Shown here in pieces: positions 40,898-49,840 of a stretch of DNA of 64,000 nt. The notes under the pieces are model-generated. The model saw only the letters and a list, made by a program, of their open reading frames with translations. It ran no database searches and was not told the origin of the DNA. The DNA comes from a virus (taxonomy: Duplodnaviria > Caudoviricetes), in IMG/VR virus record IMGVR_UViG_3300029305_005387. One strand, 5' to 3'. How positions within the stretch are numbered: the stretch's first letter is position 1; the number at the start of each line of letters is the position of its first letter. Made by a program: the position numbers and the translations under genes.

Positions 40898-41476
40898 TTA
40901 ATCTTCATCATCCTCATCATTTACATTGTGATTGATGTGATGATTGTGAACGGTTTTTGTACTTTCATCTGTCTTGGTTTTACGCTTGTCATCTCTGCCG
41001 TATGTGTTGATTACTACATTAGGAACTGCTGGAGTCATTCTAATTTCTGTAATCTTATTGGAAATTTCATCAATATCATCTTCGATAAGATCGACGTCAT
41101 CGATAATAATGTCAAGTTTTTCAAGTTGTTCTACGATATGATCAAGCATGTATCCAATGTGATTAATCTTCTTATCCATCGCGATCATATGGTGTGCGAG
41201 TACGTCGAAAAATTCATCATCATCAGCTTCATCCTCATTATTAGCTTCACATTCACAGTCACATTTCTCACATCCGCAGATCTTTTCATTCTGTTCTACA
41301 TTCTTGCAATCTTCTTCTTCGCATTCTTCATCGGCTGTAATATTTGAGAATTTCTCACTTAGAAACTTCTGGAGACCCTCGCTGTCCATGATGAAAACCT
41401 TGTGATCAGAATTACCGATGATCTTTTCAAGCATTTCCTGGATATTGGTCTTTTCATTCTTGTTGTTCTTGCACAT
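40898..41476 (-). CDS. Acidic hypothetical protein with Cys cluster and coiled coil
   Basis: AAGGAGG RBS; CGCEKCDCEC; promoter motif at 41552-41559. Confidence 0.7.
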   Translation of the reverse strand: MCKNNKNEKTNIQEMLEKIIGNSDHKVFIMDSEGLQKFLSEKFSNITADEECEEEDCKNVEQNEKICGCEKCDCECEANNEDEADDDEFFDVLAHHMIAMDKKINHIGYMLDHIVEQLEKLDIIIDDVDLIEDDIDEISNKITEIRMTPAVPNVVINTYGRDDKRKTKTDESTKTVHNHHINHNVNDEDDED

Positions 41477-41666
41477 AATAATTTCCTCCTTAGGTGTTAT
41501 AAAGTTGATAAGGTATTTATGTAAAGATATATTTCAATCTTTATCACATTTATAATATATCATTAAAAATCGTATATCTACGCTATAATACTATATATTC
41601 TCTATGTAGATAATGATGAAAGTAATTATCAAATAAACTATAAAAATACACAAGGAGGGTTCTATT

Positions 41667-42452
41667 ATGAAGAACACAAATATTATTACAAACCAGGTTA
41701 TGGATTTCGAGATGGCTGTCAATGTTATCGATCTCATGGTTGCTGCAGGTAGAAAACAAGAATTAATTGATACAGAATTTGGTCGCATCTGCTTTGAAGT
41801 CCGTAATGATATTAACGCAACAACACTTTCTCACTTTTCTATGTTCGCAGATGTTGTTTCAACTACTAAATTCTGGGATTCATGTAGAAGTAAAAAATGT
41901 GATTACTACATTGGGATCATTAATACAAAAGATAAAACTTTGAGAAAAACAGCTATTGTTAGAGGTCTTTGTTACTGCTTGATTAATTATCTTACTGATA
42001 ATAATGCTAATGAATCTGATACTGACTTATTGACAGCTGCTTATATTGAATCTATGCGAGATTACAATTTCACTTATACTCTTGCAAAGAAGATCATTGA
42101 ACATAAGTATGGTGTATTAAATGTATTCGGTAAACGCAATGAACGTTACATGCTTATTGATACATTACAGAAGAACATCAATACAGAATGTCACAAAGCA
42201 GAGCGTGAAAATCATAAGACAATCGAAAATGTAATTAGTGCAGTTACTGAAGGTATCGGTATTTTCTCCAATAAATATAATCATGATTTCTGGACAACTG
42301 TCATGACTAGATCTGTTAAGATTATTTATCCTTACACAACTAAATTCTATGCAATCAACGATGATTTCAAGATTGAAGAAACAATGACAGTTATTAAGTA
42401 TATTAAACATTGTCTTGTAGTTATTAAAGAAGAGGAGGACAAGCGTGCATAA
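41667..42452 (+). CDS. Hypothetical protein (paralog of 42922..43542)
   Basis: AAGGAGG RBS; TATATTCT at 41594-41601. Confidence 0.75.
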   Translation: MKNTNIITNQVMDFEMAVNVIDLMVAAGRKQELIDTEFGRICFEVRNDINATTLSHFSMFADVVSTTKFWDSCRSKKCDYYIGIINTKDKTLRKTAIVRGLCYCLINYLTDNNANESDTDLLTAAYIESMRDYNFTYTLAKKIIEHKYGVLNVFGKRNERYMLIDTLQKNINTECHKAERENHKTIENVISAVTEGIGIFSNKYNHDFWTTVMTRSVKIIYPYTTKFYAINDDFKIEETMTVIKYIKHCLVVIKEEEDKRA

Positions 42453-42903
42453 TATAGAAGAATTCTGCAGATTATATCAAGTGCATGAAAGCAAAGATAA
42501 AAAGTTCTATTTCAAGTATACTGCTTTCCTTGCTGGAAAATATGCACAGAGTTTAAGTAATTATATCAATTCATTGATGTCATTATCAATGATTGATCAG
42601 GAAGTTCAAAGAGTTGTATCAGTGTTTCAGATGTCCATTAATAATGGAAAAGCCATAGCAATTAATGTGAAAGGTATCTCAGAATCATTTACATCAATAT
42701 CTTTTGATGAGAATCCTGAAAACATTATATTGGCTATGAAAGATTGTATTGTTAGAATGTTACCAGTGGCAGATGTATTTCTGCCACTCATCAATATCCT
42801 AATAAGTCAGGAATTTGATGTTGACGGAACAACTGATTTACTTAGTATTATGGATGATTTCCATAAAACTTATGACCAACTTACACAATTAGAAAAGAAT
42901 TGA
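42445..42903 (+). CDS. Hypothetical protein
   Basis: GAGGAG RBS with GTG start; overlaps upstream stop. Confidence 0.65.
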   Translation: MHNIEEFCRLYQVHESKDKKFYFKYTAFLAGKYAQSLSNYINSLMSLSMIDQEVQRVVSVFQMSINNGKAIAINVKGISESFTSISFDENPENIILAMKDCIVRMLPVADVFLPLINILISQEFDVDGTTDLLSIMDDFHKTYDQLTQLEKN

Positions 42904-42921
42904 AGAGAGGGAGATTTACTT

Positions 42922-43542
42922 ATGAAAACCGAAAATAGACCAGTTGATATTGAAACTGCAGTTGAAATGATTATGTTAGGAATGAACTCGATTAGTGATG
43001 GAATTGTTATTAATTCCGATTTTGGAATTTTAGCAATTGAATTTGTCACTTCAGTATTTGATCCAATGGATCCAGTTTACGTGGATTACTGGCATAGTGC
43101 ACCTAATAGTGATTGGTGTATTAGACATAGAAATATCCATGCTGATATTTATCTCCAGATCGGAGTAAACGATAAGAACTCCAGAAAATGGAATCATTTA
43201 GTTGCAGTATCAGCAATTCACAAAGCGATGTTCTTAAAGATGAAAAATATGGATGTACCTAGAGAACTTATTGATGCTGCTGTTATTTGTTATAACGAGT
43301 CATATCACAAGTATCATTACACAATGAATTGGCTTGAAGAGGAATTCATGAAAACAAACATGGGTTTCCTTAACTATTCAAACAATACAATCAGAGCTAT
43401 CATCAGAGATAATTTTGAGATGAGAATCAAGCTAGCAAAACAGCTTATCGATTCCAATCGAAAAGGAAAAGAAAATTTATTATTTTACCATCCAAATCTT
43501 ACGATCTATGGATGTGAAATTCTTGCACTAATCAACGGATAA
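42922..43542 (+). CDS. Hypothetical protein (paralog of 41667..42452)
   Basis: GAGGAG RBS; shared N-terminal pattern. Confidence 0.7.
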   Translation: MKTENRPVDIETAVEMIMLGMNSISDGIVINSDFGILAIEFVTSVFDPMDPVYVDYWHSAPNSDWCIRHRNIHADIYLQIGVNDKNSRKWNHLVAVSAIHKAMFLKMKNMDVPRELIDAAVICYNESYHKYHYTMNWLEEEFMKTNMGFLNYSNNTIRAIIRDNFEMRIKLAKQLIDSNRKGKENLLFYHPNLTIYGCEILALING

Positions 43543-43588
43543 AACAAAAAAGAAAGGTTGTCATCATCGACAACCTTTCTTTTTTGTT
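43543..43588. terminator. Bidirectional terminator
   Basis: 20-bp inverted repeat with A/T tails. Confidence 0.8.
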
Positions 43589-45005
43589 ACATATCAATAT
43601 TTATTGTCTGTTTAACTAGAGTTTCTATCTTTTTATATCTTCCTCTAAACCACCATGTTAGTGGAGGAATAGATCTATCTACAAGATCCCAATAGTACGT
43701 ATCTTTATCCTTTGCAAATTCTCTTAATCTACCCAGTGTTTGTTCAATTACTACTTTACTTACTACAGGTTCAACACATATAACAGAACGTAAACCTGGA
43801 ATATCCTTACCAGTTCCACAAGATTTAATAGTAGATACAATGATATCTTTTTTCTCTGCAGAAAGTTTTTCATCTTTTGAAATCTTTGAATGATAAGCTG
43901 CACAAGACTTTTCTGGGAAATCTTTTTTTAATTTTTTAACTACTTCCTCAGCTGCATCAATTAATGGAACGAATATTAAAGTTTTACCTTCCATATCTTT
44001 AGTCTTTTCTATTATAGACAAAATAGTCTTATATGCAGTATCATTCTGATCATCAAAGAAAGCATATCTACCATATTTATTAGCAGTAAAACCTGGATGA
44101 CCCATGAGCTTGGCTCTATCTTTAGGACTGATTCTGCTATTAATATTTACCACATGATATATGATATGTTTCCTACTAACTTCTTTAGATTGTATTTCTC
44201 CGTATGTAATTACGGATTGAAATGCTCTTTTGAAACATACAGATTCTGTTTTATCAGATCTATCAAATGTTGCTGTAAGATACCAAGTTCTATCAGTATT
44301 TGTATAAAAGTCTATTAAAAGTATATTGGCAAATTCCATATGAGATTCATCATAAACCTTTATACCAATTTTTAGTTTCTTAAAGAATTGATGGAATTTA
44401 TAACCACCATTCTGTACCATATAATTTCGTAATGTTTGATGGTTTACAAAATATACATCAGCTTCTTCTACCATATCTTCCATGATTGCATCCATAATAG
44501 CACTACCAGCAATATTCATAAGATTTTTATTTCTATATTCAAACATCTTACTATAGGTAGAAATCCATTGTTGTTTCAAAGATTCATTAGGAGTAATGAT
44601 TAAAGTTTTTAATCCTAATGATGTAGTTGCATAAGCAACACAGAATGTCTTACCTGCACCTGTTCTCAAGTTAAGACCTAATTGGTGTTCAGGTCCTTTT
44701 AAGAATTTTATACTTTCTTCTTGTATCTTATCCCTAGGATCATACAAACTGTAATGTTGTTTAGGCATTTTTTCAGATGGATCTGATTCAGTCATATATC
44801 TTATAGTAGCTCCAGTGATTGATTCAAGTTTACTTATGGAGGTACCTCTAGGTAGTAGAAGCTTACCATCTTCAATTGTATATCCACAAGCAAATTCTTT
44901 ACCTGAAAATTTGTCTGTAGCAGTATACATATCTTCAATGACTGGATAGTCATCTTTAGCATAAGGATATAATTCTATGTGAGTATTATAAACATCAATA
45001 TTCAT
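43587..45005 (-). CDS. Superfamily 2 helicase (UvsW-like)
   Basis: Q motif PRDKIQ, RTGAGKT, DESH, TAT, GKDIP, QTLGRLR. Confidence 0.85.
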   Translation of the reverse strand: MNIDVYNTHIELYPYAKDDYPVIEDMYTATDKFSGKEFACGYTIEDGKLLLPRGTSISKLESITGATIRYMTESDPSEKMPKQHYSLYDPRDKIQEESIKFLKGPEHQLGLNLRTGAGKTFCVAYATTSLGLKTLIITPNESLKQQWISTYSKMFEYRNKNLMNIAGSAIMDAIMEDMVEEADVYFVNHQTLRNYMVQNGGYKFHQFFKKLKIGIKVYDESHMEFANILLIDFYTNTDRTWYLTATFDRSDKTESVCFKRAFQSVITYGEIQSKEVSRKHIIYHVVNINSRISPKDRAKLMGHPGFTANKYGRYAFFDDQNDTAYKTILSIIEKTKDMEGKTLIFVPLIDAAEEVVKKLKKDFPEKSCAAYHSKISKDEKLSAEKKDIIVSTIKSCGTGKDIPGLRSVICVEPVVSKVVIEQTLGRLREFAKDKDTYYWDLVDRSIPPLTWWFRGRYKKIETLVKQTINIDM

Positions 45006-45102
45006 ATCGTTTTTGCCTCCTTTAGGTTTATATATTCTAATTATGTAAAGAATATATCAATGTTTATTTCTATATACAATAATTACAGAGGAGGTTCATA
45101 TT

Positions 45103-46762
45103 ATGAACAGACAAGAACGTAGGAGAGCGGCTAAGTTGGGGTACATTAACGATGTAAAGAAAGCTCCTAAAAATCTGAAAGCATTGATGTTTAACCAATT
45201 CATTGATGTTAAACAGTCCGGAATGTTTCATTATTTCACTTTCAAAGGTTTGGAAGAAAAAGTCGATGTTTATGAGCACTTATGCAAATTAATCGGCACA
45301 CAGGTTTACGATTGTTATCTGAATGATGGTGTTAGACATAGCAGAGTTCCGTCTACAGTATTTGATCCTGATTTATGTGATGATGTTTCCGTAGAAAAAG
45401 TGTTTACGAAATTCCGTAAATTCGTTCGTAAATGTGATGAGGATACATATTACAGAGTTAGACTTGTTGACGGAATCAATAGTGTTTACGCTATTATTAT
45501 GAAATCAACTACTGAAAATACCTATATTGCTACATTAGCTATTAATGATGCAGATGTTTCTGAGTTTTATGCAATCGAGTTCAATATCAGTAATAAAGAA
45601 ACATTCTCAAAGAAGATGCATTATGTTGGAAACACTGGTATCTATACAGCAAATAAAAGTTCTAAGGCTTCTAGAAGAGCCAGAGAATGTGCTGAGAAAA
45701 TTATGTTCGATGGATTGAAAGATTTTCATATGAATCTCATTGATCGTGTTTTGGATACATTGTTTGCTGAGAAGAAAAGTGAAATTCCTTATAACAAGAT
45801 GGAATTAAAATTGTTTAGTAAAATCTTGGATTTCTATTCTTTGGACGATAAAGTTGGCAACCTGATGATGATCCTGATTACTGGATTTTCTTCTGAGAAA
45901 GCTAGATATAGAGCTGCTAAAAGACAGAAATCTCAGGAAATTATCCGTGAAACTGTTGGCCTCATTTCTGATGACGATGCAAGATTATTTCCTATTATCG
46001 ACTTAAATGAATCCGAATGGAAATTCATTAATCGATATATGGAGAATAAAATTGAAGACACTTTTAACTTGAAGGATTATCTTATTGATCCGAGATATGG
46101 TAATAGTATTAAAATGAGTTTTCCTACTGAAGATGGTAATAGTAGAGAGCTAGTGATCTCGTATATATTGAGTGAAGATGATGACATGGTAGTATTTAGA
46201 ATTACTGATATTTTATCGGATAAGATGAATGCTTCTGTATATCTCACATTTAATAATATCGAGAACTTTAATACTGTTTCCAGCATTATGTACATTGATA
46301 AATATCATATCATTTCGGATAAAAGTTGGATGGTTCGTTCGGTTGAAGAGCTCGCAAGTTTGACCCCCCATAGTTTCAATAGAGCCGCATGAAGCTGTTA
46401 AGATGATCCACAAAGTTATTTCACTATATGTTGCTATTAAGGATCGTCCTAAACGTACAAGAGTTGTGAGGAAGACTATCAAAAAGGAAGTTCCGGTGTC
46501 AAATACACCTAATGCACCGAAAGAGGAAAAAGATTACACAGTGGCCAGAATTCTTAAACCTGCTAAAGAGGTAAAAGAATACGTTCAGAGAATGACAAAG
46601 CAATCCAGTGGATCTAGAAGACCTGCAGAATACACCGTTGAAGAATGGGAACGTACAGCTCATCAACGACATTATGCAGATGGACGCGTTGTTTGGGTAA
46701 GAGGTACAATTTGTCACAGACAGTTGCCTCTTACTCAAAAAGAAATTCACATCAAGCTGTAA
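45103..46762 (+). CDS. Hypothetical protein split by a +1 frameshift in a C6 run (46364-46369); about 552 aa when fused
   Basis: ORF 45103..46392 and +1-frame ORF ending 46762 overlap from the C run; downstream ORF lacks an RBS. Confidence 0.6.
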
Positions 46763-46769
46763 AAACAAA

Positions 46770-46806
46770 AAAAGAAAGGTGGTCGATCATGACCACCTTT
46801 CTTTTT
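46770..46806. terminator. Bidirectional terminator
   Basis: aaaagaaaggtggtc/gaccacctttctttt. Confidence 0.75.
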
Positions 46807-47332
46807 ATACAATTTGAAATGCTCTTGCCAAATAAAATCCAGACTCTGGAACTGGTCCTTCAAATTTCTTTTTTATTACTAAGGCTAATCTAGGAGATGA
46901 ATAAACCTTATATGCAAAATTATTCAACTCTGCTTTCTTAAATCTTAAAACGAACAGAGTTTTATTAATTGGGATTTCATGCGTAAAACCAGGAATTGAA
47001 ATATTAATTATATCGCCTTTTTGAAGAGATTCAGGATCCATTTCAATCCATCCTTCATTTGATCTTGATAATTCTTCACCATAATACATTTTTTCTCTAG
47101 CATCAGTATTCTCTGGTTTAGATATATCTAATTCTGTCAAATTTATTTCAGGATCATCAATTAATGCATTCCATAATGCATTTTCTGGAATAATTAATAC
47201 TGAAAAGTTTTTGGCTGTTTTAGATTGAATCACGTGATTCAAGTAAGTATATTCTTGTAAACCAATTCTACTCATTACATTTTTAAATCCGAGTACTGCG
47301 TCGGCAATACTAGGGACTTTCTTAGTTGCCAT
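46805..47332 (-). CDS. Hypothetical protein
   Basis: AGGAGG RBS within the upstream gene. Confidence 0.7.
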   Translation of the reverse strand: MATKKVPSIADAVLGFKNVMSRIGLQEYTYLNHVIQSKTAKNFSVLIIPENALWNALIDDPEINLTELDISKPENTDAREKMYYGEELSRSNEGWIEMDPESLQKGDIINISIPGFTHEIPINKTLFVLRFKKAELNNFAYKVYSSPRLALVIKKKFEGPVPESGFYLARAFQIV

Positions 47333-48078
47333 TTCTTACTACCTCCTAACTTATTAATTGTAGCTGTACGTGGTACAAAAGGATTCACTTCCTTTAATTT
47401 TTCATAATAATAATTTGTCATAAGCTTAGAATACTTTTCATTGCTTTTACCTTGAGAAATTAATCTTGCTAAAAGTAATCCTAGTGTATAATTGAACTCT
47501 TTACCTGATGGTCCGAAAACAGCTAAATCCAAATCAATTCTGACAGCTCTATCGAATTTATTTATCCTTAAATAATTCGATGAAAGTTTATCACTTAAGG
47601 TGATGATATCTACCATAGTTCTGATATTTTCTGGAAGTTCTAAGTACACTGGAAGAATCGGACATGAATGAAAGAATATTGGATATAATACTTCAATATC
47701 ATCTAATTCAAGTTCTTTATTCAGAAATATACCTGCAGCTAATGGATGTAATTGGATATCTGTATTGAAATAATCTCCAATATTAAACGTATCAAGAATA
47801 TCAAGATTTTTTCTGACATAGAAATTATTGTTTTGAGGAATTATAATTTCATTCCATTTCTTTTCGCCTGCAAGTGGATTAAGAGCTCTATCTTTAAATA
47901 AATCATGAGCCAAAGCTGCTAAAGCTAATTTTTCATCATCGCATGGTTTTCCCAACTTTTCATTCAGTACATATGCATATTCTCGTACAAGTTGGATATG
48001 ATTCATATGATATTCATATTTAAAATTATTACCATGAATAAACTCGTTGAGTTCTAATAGTGTTTCTTGTGTAATCAT
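47275..48078 (-). CDS. HD-domain phosphohydrolase (YqeK-like)
   Basis: H..LV..YA, LAHDLFK, LHPLAAG, IFFHS, LSDK pattern. Confidence 0.7.
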   Translation of the reverse strand: MITQETLLELNEFIHGNNFKYEYHMNHIQLVREYAYVLNEKLGKPCDDEKLALAALAHDLFKDRALNPLAGEKKWNEIIIPQNNNFYVRKNLDILDTFNIGDYFNTDIQLHPLAAGIFLNKELELDDIEVLYPIFFHSCPILPVYLELPENIRTMVDIITLSDKLSSNYLRINKFDRAVRIDLDLAVFGPSGKEFNYTLGLLLARLISQGKSNEKYSKLMTNYYYEKLKEVNPFVPRTATINKLGGSKKWQLRKSLVLPTQYSDLKM

Positions 48079-48204
48079 AATTATATACCTCCGTTGTATT
48101 AGTTATTACACTAATAGAATATATAATTTATTTGGGTATATATTATTATATTAGAAAGAATAAATAATTACTATCAATATTCAACATCCAAGGAGGAATT
48201 CATT

Positions 48205-49077
48205 ATGAATAACAACAAAAGAAATTTAAGAGTAAGAAGACGTTTAAATGCGAGAAGACGTCGTAGAATGACAATTAACACCATCAAATTTATACTATCT
48301 ACACTCATTGTCATTGCACTTATTTTCATCGCACATGGTTTTATTAGTAATGCTAAAAATGATGATCTAAAAATCGTTAATGTTACTACAGAGGAAATCA
48401 AAAATGCTAGTTATACTAATCCAACAGCAACAGAGATACCTCTGTCCAAAGATGCCTCGTACGTTAATATAGAGATACCTATTAGTACACAAGCACCTAT
48501 TACTACACGACCTAAAACAGATCTTGAAATTTTAGAAGAGGAGTTAGGCAATAAGAAAATTAAACTTGATCATGAAATATTAATTAACTATGATCTGCCA
48601 AGTAAATATTACAATGATAAAGACTTTTCAAGTTTTCAGCCTTATATGGATTATCATCACATTACTGATGAAACATCTTCAGCATACGCAGTAACTCGTA
48701 GTGATAATGCATATGTGGATGAGTATGGAATGCTCAGATATTCATTAAAAGAAGATCAATTCAGTATTGACGGAAAGGATGATTTTGTAATTGCTCTTGG
48801 AACATTCTATAAATCATCTGAAAAATGTGGTGAGAGGTTCTTAATTGTTACGAGTACTGGTATGTATACTGCAACCACTGGTGATACAAAAGATGATAAA
48901 CACACTGATCAATATCATATGTTTTCCAGTCATTGTAAAGGAACAAAAGCTGGGCTAATTGAGTGGTTAGTTGATGTAGATAAATTGGAAGATCTTCCAA
49001 AACGAGCAGGTTCTATTACCTACTCATCTCATGAAGAATTACAAGGAGAAATCCTTTACATATATAAAATTCAATAA
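48205..49077 (+). CDS. Membrane-anchored exported protein (possible cell-wall-related domain)
   Basis: Arg-rich N-terminus + TM helix; C-terminal IALG...GDTKDD motif. Confidence 0.6.
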   Translation: MNNNKRNLRVRRRLNARRRRRMTINTIKFILSTLIVIALIFIAHGFISNAKNDDLKIVNVTTEEIKNASYTNPTATEIPLSKDASYVNIEIPISTQAPITTRPKTDLEILEEELGNKKIKLDHEILINYDLPSKYYNDKDFSSFQPYMDYHHITDETSSAYAVTRSDNAYVDEYGMLRYSLKEDQFSIDGKDDFVIALGTFYKSSEKCGERFLIVTSTGMYTATTGDTKDDKHTDQYHMFSSHCKGTKAGLIEWLVDVDKLEDLPKRAGSITYSSHEELQGEILYIYKIQ

Positions 49078-49183
49078 AATATTCTTTCTGATATGGAGGC
49101 ACAATTTTGTGCCTCCATTATTTTTTTTCATTTTATGATATGATTTACTAATTAGATAATAAATATAAAGGAGGTGTATACAT

Positions 49184-49741
49184 ATGGATTGGTATACATT
49201 TGGTAGTGCTATTATGGAACATATTATGATTCCAATAATCATTGCTTTAGGAACAGCTCTTTTGCTTATTTTCAAAAATAGATTTGATAAAATCTCTAAG
49301 AGTATTGTTGCTAAGAATGAAATGGAAGAAATGGAAAAATCTACAAATATCAGAAAACAACTGATTGATACCATTGAAACACAGGTAAAGGCATCTGTTG
49401 CTACAATAATGCCTATTGCTAATAGAATGAAAGAAAGAGGAGAAGGACTTAGTGATGAAGAAGGATTGATGTTAAAAGAAAAAGCTAAGAATTTAACATT
49501 AAATACTTTTCCACCTAGTCTTACTCAAGAGGGTGGAGTTCTATTAGAGATTATAGGTGGTAGAGAACGTCTCGATTCTATTATTGATTCTTTGATAGAA
49601 AAACATGTTTTTGAGTATAAAGGATCACCAACACCACAGATAGTTCAAAGTTCTAACGTCGTAGAAAACAATAATACACGTCCAACTCGACAATATAAGA
49701 ACAATGTTATGGCTACTCATTCTGATAATTCCGTAGGTTAA
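49184..49741 (+). CDS. Putative holin (LL-H-like)
   Basis: Single N-terminal TM helix followed by helical domain ending IDSLIEKHVFEYK. Confidence 0.4.
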   Translation: MDWYTFGSAIMEHIMIPIIIALGTALLLIFKNRFDKISKSIVAKNEMEEMEKSTNIRKQLIDTIETQVKASVATIMPIANRMKERGEGLSDEEGLMLKEKAKNLTLNTFPPSLTQEGGVLLEIIGGRERLDSIIDSLIEKHVFEYKGSPTPQIVQSSNVVENNNTRPTRQYKNNVMATHSDNSVG

Positions 49742-49840
49742 TCAAATATGGAATGGGTGTAATAACACCCATTCCATATTTTTGTCATTATACGTAAAGT
49801 ACCAAGTTCATAATACAAACTTTAGAGAGGTGATTAAATA

